NCBI GenBank assembly: GCA_017451505.1
Contig: JAFTOF010000002.1
Location: 65,042 to 129,041, forward strand
Direction of reading: 5' to 3'
DNA: 64,000 bases
DNA from: Clostridia bacterium
Lineage (GTDB): Bacteria; Bacillota; Clostridia; UMGS1883
Shown here: piece by piece, positions 47,337 to 56,500 of the stretch
How positions within the stretch are numbered: the stretch's first letter is position 1
Layout of the letters: each line of letters opens with the position of its first letter
The notes under the pieces: model-generated
What the model saw: only the letters and a program-made list of their open reading frames with translations
The model's database searches: none
What the model was told of the DNA's origin: nothing
Made by a program: the position numbers and the translations under genes

Positions 47337-47873
47337 TTAGCTTAAAATTCTATAAAATATCACTTCCATCCCCCCTGCTATCAGCGATAGCAGAGCGGTA
47401 AGCAATGCTTCACTGCGTTTAAATGTAAATGGTTCTCCGCCGTTTTCAATTATATCTTTTCTCTTGCCCACTACCTTTACGGAAAAAAACATCATGATGG
47501 GAAGTATTGAAAAGCACTGCGGAAGCACTGCCGCCGCGGCTTCCTTTATCCCCATGAATGTCAATATGTACATCACGCAGAAGGAGGAGCAGCAGCCTCT
47601 AAGCATTATAACCGGATGAACAAGTGACATCGGTAACAGGTTATGAAACAGAAAAACAAAGATAAGCCACAAAAGATTCAGCCACGATACATGCAGAAAT
47701 TCCCCGAAAGAAATTACATCGCTCACTAAATTCATCTCATCAAAAACAGAAACGTCTGTTCTGATTTGACCGTAGAAAAGCACCATTCCGATTATTATTC
47801 CAACAAGAAAATTTATTCCGACAGATATGTAAATCAGCTTTTGCTCTCGATTCATTAAAAACACCTCTGTCAA
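47337..47873 (-). CDS. Polytopic membrane protein, possibly SpoIIM-like (DUF95)
   Basis: 4-5 TM helices; LPQCFSILPIMMF resembles the SpoIIM LPHG..E.P segment. It neighbours xerD, as spoIIM does in Bacillus. The assignment is weak. Confidence 0.4.
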   Translation of the reverse strand: MTEVFLMNREQKLIYISVGINFLVGIIIGMVLFYGQIRTDVSVFDEMNLVSDVISFGEFLHVSWLNLLWLIFVFLFHNLLPMSLVHPVIMLRGCCSSFCVMYILTFMGIKEAAAAVLPQCFSILPIMMFFSVKVVGKRKDIIENGGEPFTFKRSEALLTALLSLIAGGMEVIFYRILS

Positions 47874-47899
47874 ATACTATTCTTGTCCCGATAGAGGTA

Positions 47900-48541
47900 T
47901 TACATATCCGACAAAATCCGTAAAAGCTCGCAGGGAGAATCTGCAATTTTTTCAGCGTGTCCCAAAAGCTCCCCCTCGGCGGCAAAGCCGTAGCTTACAC
48001 CAATACACTTAATTTTGCACTTCCTTGCACCCTCACAATCGTGTATACGGTCACCTACCATTACAGTTTCGTGAGGCTTTGCTCCCAGTACTGCCATGGC
48101 ATTTTTTATAACCTGTGCCTTATCGGTGTTTCTTCCGTCAAGCTCGCTTCCCGAAAGATGCGAAAGATATGGCGAAATGCCATACTTATCCGCAATTTTC
48201 TGTGCGAATACATGAGGCTTGCTGGTTGCTATGGCAAGGATTTTGCCCTGATTTTTAAGCTCCTGCAGCATTTCTAAAACACCGTCGTATATTTCATTTT
48301 CAAAAAGGCCTATGGGTGCGAAACGCTCTCTGTAAACCTCAACTGCCTTTTCGGCATCTTTTTCCGAAAGGGCGGCATATTTCATAAACTGCTCCTTGAG
48401 AGGAGGCCCTATAAAGGACACAAGCTCATCGCATTCACGCTCGATTCCGAAATAACGAAGTGCGTGCTGTACACATTTGGTGATTCCCTCTTTGGGATTG
48501 GTAAGGGTGCCGTCTAAATCAAAAAGGATATATTTAATCAA
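47900..48541 (-). CDS. HAD-superfamily hydrolase (phosphoglycolate phosphatase-like)
   Basis: FDLDGTL motif I; ATSK motif II; GDRIHD motif IV. Confidence 0.85.
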   Translation of the reverse strand: MIKYILFDLDGTLTNPKEGITKCVQHALRYFGIERECDELVSFIGPPLKEQFMKYAALSEKDAEKAVEVYRERFAPIGLFENEIYDGVLEMLQELKNQGKILAIATSKPHVFAQKIADKYGISPYLSHLSGSELDGRNTDKAQVIKNAMAVLGAKPHETVMVGDRIHDCEGARKCKIKCIGVSYGFAAEGELLGHAEKIADSPCELLRILSDM

Positions 48542-48636
48542 AATAGTTCTTCCTTTCTACAAAATTCTTGATATTTTCCTAAGTTTACTATATAATATCA
48601 CTGTTTGGTTAATTTATCAAGAAGGTGAAATTTTTT

Positions 48637-49113
48637 ATGCAAAAAACAAATGTTATGAGAATGCTTGACAAAGCAAAAATCACATATTCAACCGCAGAAT
48701 ATGAGGTGGACGAATCCGACCTTTCGGGAACACACATTGCCGAAGTTACGGGAATGAATCCTGAAACCGTATTTAAGACATTGGTTGCCAAAGGCGACAA
48801 AACAGGGCACTGTGTTTTCTGTATTCCCTGTGCTATGGAGGTTGACCTTAAAAAAGCGGCAAAAATAACAGGCAATAAAAAAGTGGAATTTCTCCCCCTT
48901 AAAGAGCTTCTCCCCACAACAGGCTACATTCGCGGAGGCTGCAGTCCCATTGGCATGAAAAAGAAATTTCCCACATTTATACACGAAAGTGCAAAGGATT
49001 TTGAAACCATTTCAGTAAGCGGAGGAATGAGGGGCTTGCAGGTAATACTTTCACCCGAAATTCTTAAGGATTTTATAGGTGCATCATTTGCAGATTTAAT
49101 TACGGAGGCTTAA
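48637..49113 (+). CDS. ybaK: Cys-tRNA(Pro)/Cys-tRNA(Cys) deacylase YbaK
   Basis: MQKTNVMRMLDKAKITY...; GGCSPIG. AAGGTGA RBS precedes ATG 48637. Confidence 0.85.
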   Translation: MQKTNVMRMLDKAKITYSTAEYEVDESDLSGTHIAEVTGMNPETVFKTLVAKGDKTGHCVFCIPCAMEVDLKKAAKITGNKKVEFLPLKELLPTTGYIRGGCSPIGMKKKFPTFIHESAKDFETISVSGGMRGLQVILSPEILKDFIGASFADLITEA

Positions 49114-49115
49114 CT

Positions 49116-50003
49116 ATGCAAAATTCCAACAAAAGCTTTATTGCCAAAATTGCACTGCTTCTTGCCACAATAATATGGGGTTCTACATTCTTTATAATGG
49201 AGGGGACCATTCAAAGCATCGGAATCTACTCCCTGCTTGCATTTCGTTTCACATTGGCGGCAATCATTCTGGCGGTAATACTCATAAAGCATTTAAAGGT
49301 TATTGATAAGGGCTACCTGTGGCGTGGATTTGTTATGGGGGCACTGGTAATTGTGGCATACATATTCCAGACCTACGGACTTGCGGATGAAGCAACCACC
49401 CCCGGAAAAAACGCCTTTCTGACGGCTATTTATTGCGTTATCGTACCCTTTTTAGCGTATCCTTTTACGAAAATAAAGCCTGACAGATATAATGTTGCTG
49501 CATCTTTTCTGTGTATATTCGGGATTACTCTGATTTCCGTTACGGGAGGCGATTTTTCCACAATTTGCAGAGGGGATTTGCTGACACTTTTAGGCGGTAT
49601 CTTTTTTTCACTGCATATGATAGCGGTAAGTGTGTTTTCTCAAGGCAGAAACATACTTCTTCTGACAATGCTTCAATTCTTTTTTGCAGGGCTTATTGCT
49701 TGGATTCCTGCACTGATGTTTGAAACCTTTCCGTCGGATATGCCTTTATCGGGAATAGGTGCAATCTTGTATCTTACAATATTTGCGACGTGCCTGTGCT
49801 ACCTATTCCAGAATGCAGGGCAAAAATTCACCACCCCCTCAACGGCGGCACTGATACTTTCGCTGGAGGCGGTATTCGGGGTGCTGTTCTCCGTGATTTT
49901 TACAGCAGAAACCGTTTCATTTAAAATGTTTATAGGCTTTTCGTTAGTATTTTTGGCGATAATCGTATCTGAATTAAAGCCATTTAAAAGCAAACGAGGT
50001 TAA
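49116..50003 (+). CDS. DMT superfamily (EamA) transporter
   Basis: 10 TM helices arranged as two EamA repeats. Confidence 0.8.
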   Translation: MQNSNKSFIAKIALLLATIIWGSTFFIMEGTIQSIGIYSLLAFRFTLAAIILAVILIKHLKVIDKGYLWRGFVMGALVIVAYIFQTYGLADEATTPGKNAFLTAIYCVIVPFLAYPFTKIKPDRYNVAASFLCIFGITLISVTGGDFSTICRGDLLTLLGGIFFSLHMIAVSVFSQGRNILLLTMLQFFFAGLIAWIPALMFETFPSDMPLSGIGAILYLTIFATCLCYLFQNAGQKFTTPSTAALILSLEAVFGVLFSVIFTAETVSFKMFIGFSLVFLAIIVSELKPFKSKRG

Positions 50004-50071
50004 ATTTTTTATAAAACGGATTGAAATGCTCTTTATATTGTGTTACAATATAGTAAAATAGTGGATATATT

Positions 50072-50491
50072 GTGTTAGGAGCAATTACTTTGGAATTTAT
50101 ATCACACAACGTTGAAGAAACTGAAAATTTTGCCTTTGAATTAGCGGCAAAAATAACCGCCCCTAAGGTCATCTGTCTGACAGGGGACCTTGGTGCAGGG
50201 AAGACCGCCTTTACAAGAGGCTTTGCCCGCTACTTCGGCATAGAAAAAGGGGTAAGCTCCCCTACCTTTATAATAATGCACCGCTACGAGGGCAGTGAGG
50301 TAATTAATCATTACGATTTATACAGGCTCAGTGATTTTGATGAGCTTTTGGATATTGGCTTTGAGGAGCAGATTGAAAGCGGTATCTCAATTATCGAATG
50401 GCCCGACAATTTTATGGAGTATTTGCCCGATGATAAAATCGTAGTACGGATTACAAGGCTTGGCGATAACGAGAGGAAAATAGAATTATGA
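50072..50491 (+). CDS. tsaE: tRNA t6A37 biosynthesis ATPase TsaE
   Basis: LTGDLGAGKTAFTRG P-loop; SPTFIIMHRY; DLYRL. The start may instead be TTG 50090. Confidence 0.9.
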   Translation: MLGAITLEFISHNVEETENFAFELAAKITAPKVICLTGDLGAGKTAFTRGFARYFGIEKGVSSPTFIIMHRYEGSEVINHYDLYRLSDFDELLDIGFEEQIESGISIIEWPDNFMEYLPDDKIVVRITRLGDNERKIEL

Positions 50492-51171
50492 ACATACTTG
50501 CTATTGACACATCGGCACTGACTGCTACGGCGGCAATTCTTTCTGATGATACCCTTTTGGGAGAAATCAGCACCACCACAAAGCTGACACACTCCCAGAC
50601 AATCATGCCTATGATTGATGAGCTTTTGAAAAAAGTAAATCTTGATATATCCGATATTGACCTTTTTGCATGCAGTGAGGGACCTGGGTCTTTCACAGGA
50701 CTCAGAATAGGCATTGGCACAATAAAGGGGCTTGCTTACGGTCTTGGGAAAGATGCGGTTGGCGTTTCCACACTTGAGGCATTGGCACACAATATAGCTT
50801 TTACCCCCTTCCTTATCTCCCCTATTATGGACGCAAGGCGAGGACAGGTGTATAACGCACTATACAGATATAGCAGCGGAAAGCTTGAATGTATAAAAGA
50901 GCCGCGTGCTTTAGCTATTGAGGAGCTTTGCGGTGAGCTTACGGAAAAAACTGTCTTTGTAGGTGACGGTGTAAAGGTACATAGAGAAAAGATTACGGAG
51001 CTTATGGGTGAAAATGCACTCTTTGCTCCACCCCAGCATCAGCTTCAAAGGGCAGGCAGTGTCGCCTATGCGGCACGTAATAAAAAGCCCATAAGTGCAT
51101 CGGAGCTTACTGCGGTATATCTCAGGAAGCCGCAGGCTGAAAGAGAAAGAGAAGAAAAAATGGAAAACTGA
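50488..51171 (+). CDS. tsaB: tRNA t6A37 biosynthesis protein TsaB
   Basis: ILAIDTS; GPGSFTGLRIG; overlaps the tsaE stop. Confidence 0.9.
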   Translation: MNILAIDTSALTATAAILSDDTLLGEISTTTKLTHSQTIMPMIDELLKKVNLDISDIDLFACSEGPGSFTGLRIGIGTIKGLAYGLGKDAVGVSTLEALAHNIAFTPFLISPIMDARRGQVYNALYRYSSGKLECIKEPRALAIEELCGELTEKTVFVGDGVKVHREKITELMGENALFAPPQHQLQRAGSVAYAARNKKPISASELTAVYLRKPQAEREREEKMEN

Positions 51172-51201
51172 AAATTCTTACATAGAAAGGGTTAGATATT
51201 T

Positions 51202-51639
51202 ATGACTATAGCAATGGCGGCAGACCACGGCGGTTATGAGCTTAAAAATATTCTGCTTGATTATTTGGCAGAGAAAGGACATGCAATAATTAACTTGGGA
51301 ACAGACACACCTGACAGCGTGGACTATCCCGATTTTGCAAAAGCGTGCTGTGATGAGGTTGTAGGCGGCAGAGCCGATTTTGGTATTCTGGTATGCGGAA
51401 CAGGCGTGGGAATTTCCATTGCCGCAAATAAAATTGACGGTATCCGCTGCGGACTTTGCCCGTCAAAGGAGATTGCCGCACTGGTAAAACAGCATAATAA
51501 TGCAAACGTAATTGCATTGGGCGGAAGATTCACAAGTGCAGAAGATGCAAAGGATATTGTAGATTATTATATGAATGCCGAGTTTGAAGGCGGTAGACAT
51601 CAGGGCAGAGTAGATAAAATAATGGCACTGGAAAAATAA
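51202..51639 (+). CDS. rpiB: Ribose-5-phosphate isomerase B
   Basis: ADHGG; CGTGVGISIAANK; RHQGRVDKI. Confidence 0.92.
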   Translation: MTIAMAADHGGYELKNILLDYLAEKGHAIINLGTDTPDSVDYPDFAKACCDEVVGGRADFGILVCGTGVGISIAANKIDGIRCGLCPSKEIAALVKQHNNANVIALGGRFTSAEDAKDIVDYYMNAEFEGGRHQGRVDKIMALEK

Positions 51640-51657
51640 ACTATAATTTTACAATTT

Positions 51658-51815
51658 AAGTTCGAAGTTCGAAATTCAAAGTTCGAAGTGAATGTAGATT
51701 TTCTCTGCACGAAAATCTTGTTTTTACAAAGTAAATTCCTCAGTTATCAAAGATTTTTTGTTTTGCAAAAAATCCACCATCATTTCGCATTTCACATTTC
51801 GCATTTCGCATTTAA
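51658..51815. repeat. Two arrays of 7-bp tandem repeats in inverted relationship, flanking ~88 bp with two perfect short hairpins
   Basis: Array 1 (51658-51692): AAGTTCG AAGTTCG AAATTCA AAGTTCG AAGTGAA. Array 2 (51781-51815): CATTTCG CATTTCA CATTTCG CATTTCG CATTTAA. Between them lie AGATTTTC-n7-GAAAATCT and GATTTTTTG-n5-CAAAAAATC. Confidence 0.8.
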
Positions 51816-51832
51816 TTTATGGAGGGATTTTT

Positions 51833-52291
51833 ATGCGTTGTCCGTTTTGCGGTCATGAAGACAGTAAGGTAATTGATTCACGTCCCACAGACGAGGGCGT
51901 AGCAATCAGAAGAAGAAGAGAGTGCATCAAATGTGCTCAGCGTTTCACTACATATGAAAAAGTGGAAAGCCTGCCCATCGTGGTAATTAAAAAGGATAAA
52001 ACCCGTGAAATGTTCGACAGAGAAAAGCTCCTTGCAGGCCTTACCCGTGCTTGTGAAAAACGCCCCGTGGAAACCAGTACCCTTGACAGACTGGTTGATA
52101 AAATCGAATCCGATTTGCAAAACACTCTTAAGAGAGAAATTTCCACAAAGGAAATTGGAGAAAAAGTTATGGAGGGGCTTAAGGACATCGATGAGGTGGC
52201 ATATGTGCGTTTTGCCTCCGTATACCGCCAGTTTAAGGATGTGTCCACATTTATTGCAGAGGTAAATAAGCTTTTGACTGATAAGAATTGA
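51833..52291 (+). CDS. nrdR: Transcriptional repressor NrdR
   Basis: [18 protein letters not shown] zinc ribbon plus ATP-cone. GGAGGG RBS lies 6 nt before ATG 51833. The track ORF start at 51758 runs through the repeat array. Confidence 0.95.
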   Translation: MRCPFCGHEDSKVIDSRPTDEGVAIRRRRECIKCAQRFTTYEKVESLPIVVIKKDKTREMFDREKLLAGLTRACEKRPVETSTLDRLVDKIESDLQNTLKREISTKEIGEKVMEGLKDIDEVAYVRFASVYRQFKDVSTFIAEVNKLLTDKN

Positions 52292-52300
52292 TTTTTTCGA

Positions 52301-52360
52301 AAATAATAAAGAATGTGCCAAAGGTGATTAATCACCTTTGGCACATTCTTTATTATTTTT
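52301..52360. terminator. Long perfect palindrome / bidirectional terminator
   Basis: AATAATAAAGAATGTGCCAAAGGTGATT | AATCACCTTTGGCACATTCTTTATTATT: 28-bp arms flanked by A- and T-runs. Confidence 0.75.
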
Positions 52361-52553
52361 TGAAAATTGTTTTTATTTTAAATAGGATTTTCTTTATTCC
52401 CTTTTTCTCCATAGGCACGTAATAATTACAACGGATTCCGTTATAACATTCATAGTACGGGCATACGGGAGAGCTTGGGTCAATTCTGCAGCTTTCCTCC
52501 CCTGTCTTGCAATCAGGACAAAGGATTCGTCTTTTCTTCATTTTTACCTTCAT
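52353..52553 (-). CDS. Small Cys-rich basic protein, unknown function
   Basis: 66 aa; CPDC...C...CPYYEC...C pattern with Lys-rich ends. GGAGG RBS lies 9 nt before the ATG. Confidence 0.5.
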   Translation of the reverse strand: MKVKMKKRRILCPDCKTGEESCRIDPSSPVCPYYECYNGIRCNYYVPMEKKGIKKILFKIKTIFKK

Positions 52554-52685
52554 TTGTCTGCACCTCCGTTGCGAAGTGGAACTTTACTTGCAGCATCTGT
52601 GCATAGCCTCGGGGAAAAAGTATGCACAGTTATATTTAGTTGAAGCTATACACAGATGTCACAATATGCAAAACGCCTGATGGCA

Positions 52686-53261
52686 TCATTGCAACGAATT
52701 AGAATGATTTCTATCTGCACTTGCTTCTAATGCTTTATTAGCTGCCTTTATTTTTTCCTCGTCCATTCTCGGAGGAACCATTTCTGCTCCCACATATTTT
52801 TCCTCTGCACTTCTGTGCACCCAACTCATTCCGATTGGGGCAAGGAATATTGCAATTCCCATTATGGTGTGAAAAATCACCGCAGAATAAACCGTAGGTA
52901 AATAAAGATTTGTATATCTGGCAAATTTGGTGACTGCAAAGAGCCATGTATATGTTTCGGCGGAAAAAAGCTTGTACGTTAATGCCGTTACCAGTCCGAA
53001 AACTAAGTATGCACCATAATTTACAAGGAAATACACCTTTGTATTTCGTAAAACGTAATAGCACGCTCTCATCATCCAAATATTAACGGCTACGAAAAGA
53101 GCCGCCGCGATATACAGCCCTATTACAAGCTCCCGACTTCCGTCGGGAAGGGCATTAATTTTGCATAAAAAAGATATTACAGCCGACAGCAAAACACAAC
53201 TGCCTGTTATCTCCATAAATCTTTTATATGCCGCATATAGGATAAATTTGTTCATCTTCAC
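52686..53261 (-). CDS. Polytopic membrane protein, unknown function
   Basis: ~5 predicted TM helices and a hydrophilic C-terminal tail. Same strand as, and downstream of, the giant exoprotein gene. Confidence 0.55.
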   Translation of the reverse strand: MKMNKFILYAAYKRFMEITGSCVLLSAVISFLCKINALPDGSRELVIGLYIAAALFVAVNIWMMRACYYVLRNTKVYFLVNYGAYLVFGLVTALTYKLFSAETYTWLFAVTKFARYTNLYLPTVYSAVIFHTIMGIAIFLAPIGMSWVHRSAEEKYVGAEMVPPRMDEEKIKAANKALEASADRNHSNSLQ

Positions 53262-53282
53262 TGTCCTTCATATGATGTCTGT

Positions 53283-53307
53283 ATGGGGCTATAGAATATA
53301 GCCCCAT
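53283..53307 (-). other. Perfect 11-bp stem-loop between the 56-aa ORF and the membrane protein gene
   Basis: ATGGGGCTATA-gaa-TATAGCCCCAT. No U-tract follows it on the coding (minus) strand. Confidence 0.6.
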
Positions 53308-53330
53308 ATTTTACTTACTTGTGATAGGAA

Positions 53331-53501
53331 TTAGTTGTTTCCCCAGTAGCCTGTTCCTGCTTCTACACTTCCGTTTCTTGGAACTATAGGAGTCTGATTC
53401 TCGCCGGGAGTGTATCCACTAGCCATAATAGGATCTGTGCATACAGCTTCAGTCTGAGAGAAATCAATTATTTCAATTTCGGGTTTTAAATATTTCATCA
53501 T
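53331..53501 (-). CDS. Untracked 56-aa ORF (below the track length cut-off), unknown function
   Basis: MMKYLKPEIEIIDFSQTEAVCTDPIMASGYTPGENQTPIVPRNGSVEAGTGYWGNN*. GGAGG RBS lies 6 nt before the ATG. The ORF begins 14 nt after the stop of the 1707-aa gene. Confidence 0.55.
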   Translation of the reverse strand: MMKYLKPEIEIIDFSQTEAVCTDPIMASGYTPGENQTPIVPRNGSVEAGTGYWGNN

Positions 53502-53515
53502 AATAAACCTCCTAA

Positions 53516-56500
53516 TTAATCATTCGCATGCATTGCTGCATATGCTGATGTTGCAAATTTTGAAGCCATTTCAAAAAGCGGATCTGCTTCACCAGTATTT
53601 TGAATATATCCTAAATATTCATTAATGCTATCCTGTATCCAAGCATACTCACTTCCGTCTGCATTATAAACTGTTATTTTTACGGGCTGATTTATATCAG
53701 CAATAACAAGTTTATCAACAATAACTTCATGATAACGTCCGTTTTTCTTAAGTTCAGCTTCATAGGAATAAGAATCTCCGTTGTGGTTAGTAAATTCAAC
53801 TTTTGCGGTCATATCATCTGTTACTCCAGTAAACAGAGCTATAAGTTCAATCTTATTATCCAGATTAAGAGATGTAGCATAAGCACCCTCTCCACCTGAC
53901 TTGTATTCGCCAGCGTAATTTACTTTGGTAGATGCATACTCAGCAACATTATCCGCTGCGGTAACATTTACAAGTTTATCAGCATTGTAACCAAAGTATG
54001 TCTGTGCTGCCGCACCATAGTTAAGCATATCAGCGATAGCTTGCTTCCACAGTTTCATGCTTGAATCATTTTTATAATAGTTAAAGTAGTTTATAGCATA
54101 GTTCTCTAAGCTTTCTGTTTCAGTTTCACTTACTGCTGTACCATCTGTTTTACAAATTGTAATTTCTACAACATCACCCATCTGCTTTGCAGAAATTCCG
54201 TCATAGGGAATGTAGATATAGTCTCCGTTTGACACCCAAGCCGTGTATGGAATTTCTTTTTCTTCTACGCCTGTTGCTGTAGTATGCTTGATTTTTGCAA
54301 CATAGTCAGTTCCCACTATATCACTCTTTGCATAAATGAAGTTAATAGCAAGCGAATTACCAAGTGTTGCATTTGTTAATGCCAGCTTAAACTTCTCAAC
54401 TTCTTCAATTTCTTTCAGGCTATACTTACCGTCAGTGTAATCAACCTCGTAACCATCTACAGTTGAATTAACTTCAACACCTTCCTGTGCGGTAATTGTA
54501 GCATTAACATCTTTCAGGTTAATTGTACCTTTGTTTGTAAGTGTGCCTGCAATCTTCGCTGTACCTACAATGTTCATTGTACCCTTTTCAGTCACAAGGA
54601 ACGACTGTGTGGTTTCAAATTCAGAGGTTGCATCGATGTTCATGACACCAAGAGCTTCATAGCCAAGTCCCATGCCATTGTGGTTATTAACGATAACCTT
54701 TGAATTATTGTTAAGAGTGATTGTAGCTGTTGCGTCCACGCCACTCTCTGTTTCAGAAGCAGGACGACCGCCAACACTGAAGCCGTGCTTAACAGTAAGT
54801 GTACTGTTATCAAGAGTCATAGTGCCCTTGTTGATAAGATAATCAAGGTCAATTACAGAATCCTTGATAATAACAGTACCGTCATACTTATTGTTGGTAT
54901 TCTTTTCACGTCCTGAAACGTGGATACCTATACCTGTTGGAGACTGACCAGAAGCAGATGTAAGGTTCGCTTTGTCAAAGGTAAGAGTACCATTGCCTTC
55001 ACCGCCACGGCCAACGAACAGGAAGCCCTTGCTCCAGTCAACGTCAGCTGTACCTGTAATGGTAACAGACTTACCGAAAACTGCACCGTTCATAGCGATA
55101 GGAGCGTCGCCTTCTGCCCAGATAAGGGTAACTGTTTCGCCATCTTTTGCAGCTGCAAGAGCGTTTTCCAAACTGTCATATGTTGTTTCGCCGATTTTTG
55201 CAACAGGTTTTGCAATATTAGAAGCGGCAAATTTATATTTCTCGCCAATAGTATAGCTTTCGCTTTCGTCCTTGGGGTTATACATACGAAGCTCAAGCGT
55301 TACTTCAAAATCGGGATTTTTCGCAAGGAATTCTTCTTCAAAAAATACACCGCAGTTGAAATCCTTAACAAATCCATAAACATCGTTATATGTTAATTTA
55401 AGTCCGGATTGACCCATAATGTATGCAGCATATTCCATAATCTTAATGGGCTCGTTTGCTTTAAGGGTTACATCTTCAAACGGAACATTAACCCAGTTTT
55501 CACTCCATGCATCATACTGACCGGAAAGATAGCCGTCTGCCCCACCGTTTGCGTTAAATGTTACATCCTTGTTCACTGTAAGAACGTAATCTGCAAACCA
55601 GTCGCCATAGTAAGCAAGCTGTGCTTCGCTTGCTTCATCTGCTTTGAAGTTAAGAGCAAATGTCAATTCATCATTTTTAATCTCTGTTACTGTAGCTGTA
55701 GGAAGCTCAATAGCTCTAACACCGCCAAGGTCTTCCCAAACAACAGGATTGACACCATCAGCACCGTTCATCTGTGCAGCTGTTGTTGAAACAAGAGTGC
55801 CGTCGATGTAAAGCTCAACCTTAGTAGGTTTATTAAGTGCATTGGGATGTCCTTTTTCCCATGTAGTTGTCCAATAATCATCATTAGACTCGGGATAGAA
55901 GAAATTCCATGTTACTGAATCCTGTGAGCCGTCGATGATATTATTGACATCATTAAGCACTGTTGTAGCCATAAGGGTATCTTCGGAGTAAAGCTTAAGT
56001 ACAAAACTTTCTGCCGCATTTGTGTTTTCAGACTGTCCCCAAACACGTACATACCCGTCAACTTCCTTGGTATACGCAAGAGAGTTGGAGCCTTTGGCCG
56101 GGATATAGAACTCATCCTGTGCGGTGATTTCTCCGCCTGCATCAATCTTGTTGTCATCACCCTTGGTTAAGTCAAGAGTGTTTCCTGTTGCAGTAACATT
56201 ACATGTATTGTCAGCTGTGTAAGACTTAATGTTTACATAACCGTTATTTACAGTATTTCCTGTGAATGTAACTGCTTCACTTGCACTTACAAGTGCACTT
56301 GCATTATTGAAATTGCTACCTGTAACGCTTACAGACTTAGCATCCTTACCGCTCTGGTTATCAGATACACCATAAGACCAGTTGGTGAATGTACAGCCTG
56401 TAATTGTTGCTGTTACATTGGAAAGTGCATCGCCTGCACCCTCACCGAAAATGATAGCACGCTTGGAAGATGAGCCGTTACCGATAAACTTACAGTTCTC

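Noticed and set aside
51658-51815. Possible CRISPR array
   Set aside because: The repeat units are only 7 bp and contiguous, with no spacers. No CRISPR-like repeat-spacer structure was seen anywhere in the window.
51758-51832. N-terminal extension of nrdR through heptamer array 2
   Set aside because: NrdR proteins begin at the MRCPFCG zinc ribbon. A GGAGGG RBS sits directly before ATG 51833.
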